From contig CM106586.1 of the NCBI GenBank assembly GCA_048013815.1, forward strand, positions 18,414,001-18,478,000: a stretch of 64,000 bases of DNA, read 5' to 3'. This DNA is from Setoptus koraiensis (taxonomy: Eukaryota > Animalia > Arthropoda). Of the stretch, positions 24,730 through 37,140 are shown piece after piece (within the stretch, counting starts at the first letter, position 1; each line of letters opens with the position of its first letter). Made by a program: the position numbers and the translations under genes. The notes below the pieces were generated by a model. The model saw only the letters and a list, made by a program, of their open reading frames with translations, was not told the DNA's origin and ran no database searches.

Positions 24730-27700
24730 TTGCGCAACATCGTTGCCACCTCTGGCAGTCGGGCGACGCTGCGTGCGATGTTGCGCAACGCAGCCAATTG
24801 TGATTAATTTGTTTTGCAACAGTTTCGCTGGCTCATTAACATGACATGATGCTTGGTTGGTGTGATGCAATGCAGGTAATGTTGCGCAATACCTACACAA
24901 TGGTATCATTATCGTTAGCTGACTTTGTGTGACTAGTGTCACGATTGCCACTATTGCCACAAATCACTACACTTAGGTGGCTATAGGTGGCAACATGCGC
25001 GTTGCGTCAGCACACAAATGAGCCCATTTGTTGTTGCACACACACAATGCAATTGCATAATTATAATTATCACTAATTAAAATTATAATGAGAGCACATT
25101 GTTTGCAGAGGTCGTTTTGCAAGCATTGTTTTGCGCCCCCAAGTGGCACTTGTTGCAAGTCAGTGTGACTCAAATCTGAATCTGGCGATCGAGTAATTCG
25201 AGTAACTCGAGTGAGTGATCACAGCGGCATGAGTGCGAACTAAGCCCACAACTAGCCGGCATCACTAGATCGGATCGCGAAATATACGATTAAATAATAA
25301 TATTTCAACTCGCTCGCCTAATCTCGTCTGCATGCCGACCGAATGCGCCGATTTGGCCTTTTCGTCAAGATCAACAACCTGTGTGCCGTGCCGGCCTGGC
25401 CCCCACACGGGCACATCGGCAGATCGGCACAGTGGCAGTGGCACTTGTTGTCGATTGGCGCAGTATTTAGCTTGAATGCCCATTCAGCGATTTCAGCGAT
25501 TCCGGCGAAGCGGGCAAATTCAACCATTTCACGATCACCAGCGCCAACCGACAACAGCCGACAACAACCGCCAACAACCGACAACGGCCAGCAACAGCCG
25601 ACGACGGCCGACAGCAACAACCGACAACAGCAACCGACAACAACCTTGGCGAGTGCTCCAGAGTTCAATGAATGATGGCGGCCTTACCTGGTGTGGCTGC
25701 CAGAGTTGTGCGTGAGAGGCTCGAAAGTAAAAAGATGATCGCAGTGGCGAGATTGGCTCTCAATCAATCAATTTGATCAATCACTCGCTGCTGCGCTGCC
25801 AGCAACAACAACGGCGAGCTATAAAACTTGCTGCTCGATGATACGAAATTGTCCGTTTAATCGTATGCATCATCGTTTAATCGTGGAGAGAGTGTTAGCG
25901 CCAGGTGAACTGTATCATCGGTCAGTGGGATGTTTGCGAGCGGCGCCACATTCAAACGTCAGCGACTTTGAGAGTCGGACTTTTAGAGTCGGACTGTATT
26001 TAGGAATTACGATTCACGGTATAATAATAATATTTATGTTGCAGCATAAACATTGTTCGTGGGCACAGCGCAGGTAAATATTGCGTCATGCGCATTATTC
26101 ATCCTATCGGAATTGTATTATCGAGAGCATGTGTGCGAGCTGTCAAACAGTGACAGAACCACCAACAAGAGCAAGAAGAATCCCATTGAGAGGGCAAATA
26201 TTGACACTTGAGACAGGGACAGTCTCAAGGTCACTAATTGATTAAGCGACGCCGGAACTGGCCGCCGCCGCCGGCCGCTCGGTCCACAGGTAGCCGGCCG
26301 GACAGGTATGCAAATGGTGTTTGCGTTGTTGCCGGCGCGCCGACTACCGCCAACAGCAACAATGCAGCGCAACTTGAGCAGCCGAGCTGTTTTATTTGTC
26401 TCTAATCATCATCATGTTGCATTGTTGTTGTATTATCATTATCATTACTATTATTGTATTATTGCGCAATTGTTGTTGTTGCCGGCGCTGGGCACTTGTG
26501 TCGTTGCGAGCAAGTGTGGCCGCTCGCTCGTTACACTTGTAATACAAGCCAGTAACTGGCTTGTATTGCACAATTTTATCATCATAGCGCCAGTTTATCT
26601 GCCGCTGTATCTGCCAGTTTATCTGCCGGTTTATCTGGCGCGATCTTGGCCAAATGATCGCGCCACAATAATGCAAGCTCACGCAGACGCAGTCATGGCC
26701 AGTTACTCGTCGGCTAAAACTATGGCCGCTATGTTGCGCAACGCAATGCCGCAAATATCTCTGGCGCCCGTAGAAAGGCGCGCAGGCCGGCGGCGAGACG
26801 CATTACGCAATTTGCGAGCAAAGTTGTGAGCGCAGTTTAGGCGTGCCCAATGCTGTTGTCAATTGGCATTATATGATGATATCGTTATATTTAATTTTGA
26901 CGCAACAGCCAACAACAGCAGCAGCAACAACAGCAGCAACAACAGCAGCAACAACAACAGCAACAACAGCAACAGCAACAGCAACAACAGCAACAACAGC
27001 AACAACGAGTGCAACAAGTGCGCGGCTCATTATGCAGCAACAGCCACTTGTTATGCAACAGCAGCCGTTGGCGCAGCGGCAGACATAAGAAGAGGAGAGT
27101 GTGCGCATCTACATAATGCATTGCGTAATTATAATAAGTGCCTGCTCCGGTTGTTGCTGTTGTTGTTATTCATCTCTAATGCTCGTCTCAAGGTCACTGC
27201 CGCTCGTCTCCTCGAAGGAGATTCTCATGCGCGTCGCTGGCCAGCGCTGATTGTGGCGATGATACGCCGATACGCAAAATCACGACCGGCCAACAACAGC
27301 AACAGCAACAAGCAGCAACAGCAACAACAAGCAGCAACGACAAGCAGCAACAACAAACAGCAACAACAAACAACAACAACAAACAACAAGCACGCCGACT
27401 GGCGCACACACTGTTAGCCCTATCCCGCATTCCCGCAAGCAGAGATTTAGCGAGTGAGCGGCCAAAAATGTTGCGCAACGTTGGCCATCTTCGGCCACGG
27501 CTAATGCGCAATGTTGCGCAATATTTGTGCGCCAAATATTGCACAACATTTCGCAGATATGTGTTGTTATGTATCGCAACAGTGCGATTTGGCAACATTG
27601 TGATACTGCGCGATTTTGCGCCGTCTCGCGCTCGGCCGTCCCGTGTGCCGCTGCAGCGGCCAAATGTTGCGTAACTATGCGCAAACGTTGCATAACTATG

Positions 27701-27878
27701 CTCGAATGAACTATATTCCTGCATCACATACCCACTGTCAGATGTAAACACTGCCCATACAAGCAAATGAGGGCCTGTCACAAACGTCAGACGGCGTCTC
27801 GTCTGTCTGACCGTCTGTGTGCGCCGGCTCGCATGTCAGACAACTTTCCGTTGGCAAGACAACTCAACGATTGCGCAA
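24730..27878. promoter_or_regulatory. Cluster of at least 8 perfect TTGCGCAA (C/EBP-type bZIP) palindromes; candidate enhancer
   Basis: Seen at 24730, 24781, 24882, 26462, 26734, 27471, 27514 and 27871. Function is inferred. Confidence 0.3.
26906..27005. repeat. Mixed (CAA/CAG)n microsatellite
   Basis: Seen directly. Similar tracts lie near 21553-21614, 32571-32620, 32820-32930, 47717-47846, 50141-50240 and 63236-63372. Confidence 0.92.
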
Positions 27879-30800
27879 CAAGCCAACTTTTACTTGTTAC
27901 CTGTTGTTGCGTTTGTGTTGCGTCATTGGTGGCCAGCTGGCTTGATTGATCACAATAGCCGACAGTCGATATCTTGCACATCTCGTCGGTATTCGCTGCA
28001 CTGCAACTTGTGAGCCTGTTCACCTGTTCACCTGTGACCTGCAACCGGCACAGGTAAGCTGCACAGGTAAGCCGGCCAGCACGCTCAGAGCTGGCAAGCA
28101 GCGATAAATATGCCAACACTGACAGCACAATTGTGAGTTAGTCACAATATTGTGAGCCATTTTCGGCCAGATGCACAGTTGCTGCACAGATTTTATCCGG
28201 GCCGAGCGCGGCGCCGGATAAAATCACCAACTGACACCGGCCACTAACTAAAACATCACGTCTCGTTGCAGCGCCATCCGCGAGCATTATGCAGCGGGGG
28301 CCACACACGATCAGCCCGTCCCGGGTAACTTCATTTGCGGCCGCTCAGAGGATGCTAATTAGTCGGCCAACTGTTGATAATAACCGTCGAGCTGATATCC
28401 AATCTGGTCTCACAACTTGCACGAGTATCATACTGGCAGTATGGCCTCTCTATTTTTGGCGCTCGCCACTTGCTCGTTACTAACGATTCGTCAGACAAAC
28501 AATGTGTTGAATAAAAGCGAGATGGCGCCACTGCTCGGCAGTGGCGCCCAGCTACAAGCCCGTGTCGGCGCATTAAATTGTAAGTTAACGCCAGTTAACA
28601 AATCGTCTATTGCCAGAGCAAAATCTCACCAATGAGCAGCAAGCTAACGCAAACTTGTTGAGGCAACACTATGTGTTATGCAACACCCTGTATTCTGCCA
28701 TATCACCATAGTACACTGTGGCGCATAGGCACTGTGCGCAACCGGAAGTAGCAGCAGCAGCAGCTTCCGGTTGCGCAGACCACCGGCGAGCGCTGGCTGG
28801 TTGATGTGTTGATCGAGTTAACAGGTGCACACACAACAAATAAACAAAGAGACTAACAATTTCACCTGTAACTAGCTTGTGTGTATCGATATGAATGCGA
28901 TCATGCGTTGCTATGAATCCATCAATTGGCTTCATTGTCAGACAATTGGTCAAATTTACATAAATTAATGCCGACTCGCCGATTTGCCCGCTCGCCTGCC
29001 TGTCGGCCGGTTTGCCTACCCGTCGGCCGGTTGCCTACCCGTCGGCCGGTCTCTTACCTGTTGGCCGGTTTCTTACCTGTTGGCCGGTCTGCCTAACTGT
29101 TGGCCGGTTGGCCGGTCGGCCTAACTGTTGGCCGGTCGGCGGGCCATTAGCGACGGTGCCGAGCGAGTGCGAGGCTGGTTTCCATTAATAACTAAAGCGT
29201 AAAGCAGGGCTCGGCCGCCAGGGCGAGGCTCGGCTCGCTGGATTTGGCGCAGTATGGATTTGGCGGCACCGATTGGGCAGTGCCAATCGGTGGCCAATGA
29301 AAGAATCGGCCAGCTCAAACTGGCGTTCGAGCTGTTTGAAAACAGCTAAAAAGGGACTGACGATAGGTACGTGATGGCGCCTAAACGAGACGGCGTTTGT
29401 CGAGCGATTCATTTAGCAACCACAAACAGCATGCCAAACAGTATGTGCCGTGCATGTTACGCAACAGATAGCAGCAGATAACGGTTGCCAGATAACGGTT
29501 GGCAGAAGCGTCAACAGTTGGCCGTGTGTGTCTCACAAGTGTCAGCTTGGTTGCGAGCGCATAATAAATCATCGGTCAATATTTATAGAGTTTGCGCAAC
29601 TGTGCAACAGGTAACTGCAACTTGCAACAAGCGACAGGTAGCTGGCAACTGGAAACAAAACAAACAAACAACAACATTTTAACACTTGCTGCGCTTGGCC
29701 GCCTGGCGGCCAATAGCCAGTGGATAGTGCAAACTATCAAGTGCAATCAAGTGTCTGGCCACTTGGGTCTCGGTGGCCGATTCAAGAATCGCCGATTTAT
29801 TCAATTTATGCCGCTTTGTTCATGTGAGACACGTACGATTAAAAGAAGACCAAGGTCATGTGTTCGCGTATTATTATTCTGCTCTGCTCTTGTTGCCGAA
29901 TTCTTGTTGCCGAATTCTTGTTGCCGAATTCTTGTTGTCGAATGGCACCTCTAACGGTGATTAGCTAACGATTATAATATGCAAATCTCTTCCTCTTTTC
30001 GCTCGCTCTCCCCTCTCTCCCTCGCTCGCTCCCTCTATATGTGGCTCGCCGCTAACACACAGTATTTGATGATATCCTTTTATATATATATATATATACT
30101 GGCATTATATGGCTGTGAGTCGCATACCCAAGTGACCATCATTAATCTACGCCGGCCGACAGATCATTAGAGCGCATATTTATATTCAGATCCAGTGCAG
30201 CGACACACACTCAATGAATATTGTCATGCCATCCATTACGTAATATTTATTATTGTAATGTAATGTATCAACAAACTGCGCTATCGATGACGACCGATAA
30301 AATTAAATGCATTCAATCCGGCCGGCAGCCGGCCATTAACAGCTGATCGGGCACCCGATCATGAGCGACCACCAAGATGCCTCGCCGTGCCGCCAGATGC
30401 TGCCTCGATCCCTTTTCGGGGCCATCGTCGGGGTGATTCCTTTTTGGGGTGATCTCTCGTTGGGGCCATCTTCCGTCGGGGTGATCTCTTGTTGGGGTGA
30501 TCTCTTGATTGCGCCGTGTCACATAGTGACTATGCGACCGTGCCGCAATGTGTGCCTATGTGGCCAGAAAAGAAACACACGCTGTAACTCGAGCTCATAT
30601 TGTCTAATCACTATTATCTGGCTTGTTAGCCAGATTACTTATATGATCACACAACGGCTACAACAACTCACATTCAATTGGGTACCGGCAAGCGGTTAAC
30701 CGACGGGCGCTGCCAGTTTGCCAAAATCAAATCCAACGTTGGCGCTGCCAGCAACACAATAACTTATATTGTTATATGTACTGTACACACATAATCATTG

Positions 30801-30984
30801 TGCCAGGTATAACGTTACGTAATTAATTAATGTCTGTTAATATCGCATCGTGCATAATAACAATGTTAACAGCGCTTGTGAGGATTTCCTGGTTCATCTC
30901 TCAGGCAGCATCGTGTCGCAACAAAGAGCCGCTAATAACTAGTAATAGCCTATTGCTAATAGGCTGACAGTTAGGCTGTTAGTG

Positions 30985-31015
<31 letters not shown>

Positions 31016-34000
31016 CTCATTAGCTCATTAAACGATATCTATGCCACATGATGCCCGCCAAATGTATTGCGGTTGCGCAATGTATGTTATGTCACACAAC
31101 ACGGCAGCATTACATAACATTTTATTTTATTATTATTATTATTATTGTTTATTGTTTTAACATTGGTTAACGCATTGGATTGCGCAACACATTGCATGGG
31201 CATATAAATTGTGATATGATATAATGGCCACATAACATAATGCGAGTGCCAGACGATTTTCATGATGCCGGCCGGCCGACAATAACAATTTTTGCCATAA
31301 CATTTGAACATCAATGCGCACCGTGTGTTGCGCACAGGTGAACCAACTCGTCGCACAGTTGGGGCCGCCGGCTAATGGTCAGCGGGCGATGTTACGTTGT
31401 GTGTATACTATACACACTGTATAGGTTCGACTCTGTGACGACATGACAACATGCGCTGACCACGAAGACGACCAAGTCGACGAAGACGACGATGATGATG
31501 ATGACGATGCTGATGATGATGATGATGTAACAGCACGTTGCAGTGCGCAAGATGCGTTCGAGAGAGTGTCAGGACAATGACCTGTGAATGTGACATCGGG
31601 CGCACGCTGATACCCGAGAGAGCTGACGCAACAAGTGGCCGGCACAGAACGATACAAACGATCAGACAAACAGACAGACGGACGGACGGACGGGTCAGAC
31701 TTCAGGGTTCTTCATCGCATAAAACACACTTATGATTACATAACATTATATTATAATATTCTACATATGGTCATAGTTGTTGCAACATACAATACATATG
31801 AAACATTTTCGAGACAGGTGAATTGTTTGAGCGAATCATTCAATCAGGTTCAAGTTCAACTTTTCACCTTGTTCGTTTAGGCGATACGAGCAAGGTGAAA
31901 AGATGCTTCTCTCTCTCTCTCTTATTACATAATGGTGTTGGCATTACATAAGTAAGTATGCATTACATAAGCGTGCATTACACAAGTGTGCAGTATTGCG
32001 TAATCGCGAGGCATCTTGATTAGACACGATCGTTGGCGATCGTAAAGCAGCAATTGGCGATCAAGTTGCTGCTGGCCAAAAGTTGTGCATCAAGTTAGTA
32101 GTTGATAATCAGCAGCCAGTGATCAAGATTAGCATTTGACGAGAAAGTCGTCCAATGCCATATCTCACATCTCTTGGCTCGCACACCGTCTCGGCGCACT
32201 GTCTTGGCTGCCTTTGCACTGTCGTCTGCAAATGGTCGCCAAATGGTCGGCAAATGGTCGGCCAATGGTGCAGCAGCTCGCTCGACGTTATCGCTGATAT
32301 AATGTAGTGGCGTTATCGCTGATCGTGGCGCCACAGTAAAAGTAGTGGCCAGTCGCTGACCATCGCTCAATCATTAATTAGCCAGCCGGGGCCACAACAA
32401 CGTTTAATGGTCAGCAGTTCTCGCCAATTCTGTGAATAGGCAGGCAATTTTGTGAATGTCCGACAACATGATTCAATTGAATAGTCGCCATTCGATTAGA
32501 TGCGCACCTGACCGAACAACAACAACGTTTACCAACATCCAGCGCCACTCGATCAGCTGACTCACCTGTTGTTGTTGTTGTTGTTGCTGTTGCTGCTGTT
32601 GTTGTTGCTGTTGCTGTTGTCGCCGATTGCAAATATTTTGGGACACACACAGGTGAGTCGCGAGCTTGTATCTGTCGTAAGCGAGCATTTATATTGGACA
32701 TAGATGCTCGCAAGATTTATTACGATGCGCCAGCGTCTGCCGGCTGCACTCGTAGATGTAGATGCGTCGTCATGTTTATCGTACATCGTTGTCGTTGTCG
32801 CTGTTGACGTTGTTGCTTTGGCTGTTGTTGTTGTTGTTTTGGACGCTGTTGGTGTTGTTGTTGCTTTGGACGTTGTTGCTGTTGTTGCTGTTGTTGCTGT
32901 TGTTGCTGTTGTTGCTGTTGTTGCTGTTGCTGCCGAGGATGACGATGATGGCGACGACGATGACGCCCACCACGACCACGACCAAGAAGAAGATATTCTC
33001 CATTGGCGCGCCATATGTCTCCTCTGTGAACCTGGCCAGCCGGTTGCTCCGGTAATTACTTCCTCGTCGTGTGGCAAGCTCACCTGGTGGCGCTGTTTGG
33101 CTGGCAAGGGACATCGAGTGGCCGGAGTGCGGCCACTTGCAAAATTAATTAGCCATAGTTAGCATATATGCTAGCTGGCATGTATGTAGTTTATGGTCGA
33201 GCAACAACTCTGCTCGCTTGTATGGCAAGCGATTATATTTATATTGCTCGCATAAATATATCTTGTATTTATCTGGCTTGTTGTTAGTTTTATTTTCGCA
33301 TTAGTCGTATTGGTCTGGGTGCGTTGCGCAACAAACAACGGCAACAACAAAACGGAAACCATTAAATGGAAGCGTCGACCTTTGCCTGGCCATTTGTATA
33401 CATACCTACAAAGTGTAGATATAATATTATATTTTGTGTTGCAGCGGCCAACTCAATGAGCCGGCAATATATTATCTGGCCTGTCAATTATTGAGTCTGC
33501 TGCTCAACAACAGTAGCTGACCATTCGAGCTGACCAATTGGAGTTTTTGTTGCACAATTGCACATTGAGGCGCTAATTGGTGTGTCGCGTATTTGTGTGC
33601 TTTCATATAGGATCATTATTTACATACTCACATTACGCAATGTTATCTTGTGTTATCTGCAATGTTACACAACATTTGTTGTTGTTGTTGTTGATGCGAA
33701 AATTTGCCGTTAATAATGGATATGCGCCCAATAATAATAATAATAATAATAATAATGGAGCACTCAATGGATATTATCAATTCAATGGGTGGAATATCCA
33801 GCCCAATGCACGGCCGATATGCAGCCCAATGCACGGCCGATATGCAGCCCAATTCACGGTTGATGTGCACTGAATCAGTGGCAGTGGCCACAAACAAAAA
33901 TTGGTCAAGGTGAGCATCGGCTGGCGTTGGCATCGAGTGGCCGAAACGGCACAAATTTATCGGTTGCTGTCAGTCGGCCATGCATGGGCCAATTAATGGG

Positions 34001-34112
34001 CTGACTGGCTGGTGAGATCAATTAAAACTGTTGTTGCGCAACACAACGGCCAAACTCATTTGCATACGCACACTTACGCACTCGTTGAGCCCTTTCGAGC
34101 CGTTGTTTGGTA

Positions 34113-34206
34113 GTTGCCGTTGCTTGGTTGTTGCCGTTGCTTGGTTGTTGCCGTTGCTTGGTTGTTGCCGTTGCTTGGTTGTTGCCGTTGCTTGGTTGTT
34201 GCCGTG
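34113..34206. repeat. 17-bp tandem repeat GTTGCCGTTGCTTGGTT x~5.5
   Basis: Seen directly. Confidence 0.92.
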
Positions 34207-37060
34207 GTGGCCCAGCGCCGATGCCGGCCAGAGCCCGCTGGTTCATTAGCCCTGTCGCTGGGCCTGACAAAGTCGACGATACAAAGTGTTTCCAAAACAC
34301 TGTGTTTTGATACATTCCGAAACTTGACCCCATCGTCCGCTTGACACAGTCAATAGTAATTAATAACACGAAGCATGCACTTGACTCTGGCTGCGCGCCG
34401 GCACTGCAAGCACCGCCAGCGACGACGTTGCATCGGCGATGAAACAAATGAGATAAGATTAATTAACACCACGCTCTCTGTTTGCGATTCTCTGTCTCGA
34501 TGCGCCTGCGAATGCGCCTGCGAATCCGCTCGCGAATTCGCTTGTAATGCGGCTTGTAATGCGGCTTGTAATGCGGCTTGTAATTGAGCGCAACTCTTTG
34601 CTTCTCTAATGATCAATTCCGCAGTCTCTTCCTGGTTCTCGGCCACTTCGGCGTTTATCGGAACATTGGCGTTCGCGCCAGTTGCGTCTATTGGTTTGCC
34701 GTTGTAGCTGTTGCTGTTGTTGTTGTCGTTGTTGTTGTTGTCGTTGTTGTTGTTGTCGTTGTTGTTGGTGGTGGTGCTTTTGTTGCCTGTTGCAACTAGC
34801 CGCTGCCAACTAACGGTCATGTAACGGCCATGAGGGGATCGCCATTTCCGTTGTTTAACGGTCGTTTCAACAACAACAATGAACGGTGTGCGGTCACGTA
34901 ACTGTTCACTGGTCACCTTGATTGCGGGTCGTATGCTAATCATCGGCTCTCAGCGGCAAATGCGCCGCAACTGCACTCACCTGTGCCGCAACACAATCGA
35001 TTGCGCAACCACATCTCAAGTCAGCAACGCCGACGACCGCGACGCCGACGACAGGTGCATCAGGCCTCACCTGAGGCGAGCAGCGTGAGCCTTAGGTGAG
35101 GCCCCGTTGCCGATGAGTCATTGGCGGCGTCGGCGCGCAATTTGTAGCAGTGCAACTGTGCGATATAAGCGTTATAAGCGTTATTGTCGATATAAGCGAC
35201 ACAAGCGGCGTAATTGCGCAATATAACGGCACCAATTATTGCGAAACTGCGCCAATTATTGCGTAACGCGGACCGTTATCAGTGGAGCGTCGTCATTCGA
35301 TAAAATTGATTGAATCGGGCGCCAGTCTGGCCAGTGTTGAGTTGTGCTCGTAAGCGGCCGCCAATAGCTAATAGCGGCCCGTTAGGCTAGCCCGTGAGTT
35401 GCGCTCACAATAGTTGTCAGCGCGATAAGACTGGCACGGCGAACTTGTGGCGGGTATAGGGCGTCGGCGGTGCGCACAGGGGATTGGCACAGGGTCGTCG
35501 GGGGAAGGGCGCCACGCTGACGACGATTATCTGTCAACGAGTTTGTCGCTTCCGGAAGAGTTTTCTCGAAATAAATATCGGCTGCCGCTCATGATCATGA
35601 CGTAATGCTGCTACTGCTGCTGATACTGGCAGCCGATAACGGTAACAGTTGCCTGGCGAGTTGCATTGATATTGATAATTATTAATTAATCGCTCACTGG
35701 CTGGCGTTGCGTTTCGTTGCGTTGCACTGGCCAGTTTAAATTGGATCACTGACTCGCTGCCGCTGATTCGATAATTTGATTAGCTTGACAAACTTTTGCT
35801 CTTCGCCAAGCCGCTGCCTCTGTCAACTGGCTGCTTGCAGCAGCGCACTTGTCGCATTACACGCCACCTTGCCGCGCCAACGGGTAGCCAGCGCGGCTTG
35901 ACCGGCGCTGGCTACCTGTCGGCGCGCACAATTTCCAATTTCGTTCGCTTGACCGCTTGTGAGCGCGCGGGCGCCGCACGGTCCGGCGGGCACAGCGGCA
36001 CACGGGACGCCGACGCTGGCACAGCGACTCGCGGGACGGCGACGCGGGCACAGCGACTCGCGGGACGGCGACAGGGCAAACGCGACGGCAAACAGCAACA
36101 GGTTCGCTGATGACGAGAGATTAGCCTCGAGTCACGCGGGCCGGTCAGCTAATGATCCGCGCTTATTAATAAAAAGAGAAACACGAATAATAATAATAAC
36201 AATAATAATAATCTTGTTATAATATCGCCAGCACCAATGAGTTAATTGTCGCTGTTGTTGTGCCATCTGCGCTCGCTTGCCAGCGTTTGCCAGATCTGTT
36301 TCGGTTGATATGTGAGCCGGCCCGAGTGAGTTGTTTGGCCCGCTCCAATCAACCGACCGACAGATATCAACTGACCGGGCAGCCCGAGATATCATCGCTG
36401 ACTTGTGAGCGGCCGGCTAAACGGCTCACTCGACTCGCTTGCCAAATTATCAATGGCTAGCCAAATAATCAATGGCTGGCCATTTAAAGCAACAACTCTC
36501 GCTATGTCAGCTGGCCAGCACTCTTTATTAGCAACTTGCAACTTGCATATGTGCTGCTTATATCGTATTATGCAACTCGAACGGGACACGGCGCACGGAG
36601 GCACCATTAGAGGGCATCGCACAGCCGATATAACGGGCCGCCGTCCGGTCAGCGAGCCAAACAGAAGCCGCGCGATAGCTGTGAGATCTGGCCAGAGATA
36701 TTAATGACATTTAATAATTAGCGTCCATTATGTCCGTTATTGCTCGCTCGCTCTCTCTTGCTGCCACCGGCTGTTAATAATAACATCATCTCGCTGTCCG
36801 CCGACTGGCATCAACTTGCACTTGGCACTTGCGATGCCTGCCAAGACCGACCGCTCGCCGTCTCGCCGGCCACTGGCCAGTGCGCCCGTTCAACGCAACA
36901 AACTCACCTGTCTAACGCAACAAGCTCACCTGTGTAAACCTGCGCAATCGTGGTGCCCGGCGCTGAAGCTGGCTCGGCCGAATGCTGCCGTATTATGCGC
37001 ATCAGCTAATATTGACGCCAATTGGAGCGGGCCACGATGATTGGCGATCACAATCTTCAG

Positions 37061-37140
37061 TCAGCTGATACATGATGACACAAATCAGCTGATACACGAT
37101 GACACACGTCAGCTGATACACGATGACACACGTCAGCTGA
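37061..37140. repeat. 24-bp tandem repeat TCAGCTGATACACGATGACACACG x~3.3
   Basis: Seen directly. Confidence 0.9.

Noticed and set aside
31869-31890. TTGTTCGTTT resemblance to insect miR-375
   Set aside because: Only ~10 nt match, and it would span the hairpin loop rather than sit on an arm.
32562-33162. Q/N/T-rich ORFs with a TM-like stretch and a minus-strand CAG|GTGAGT
   Set aside because: The hydrophobic and polar runs derive from GTT/GTC microsatellites. The donor coincides with the very common CAGGTG word.
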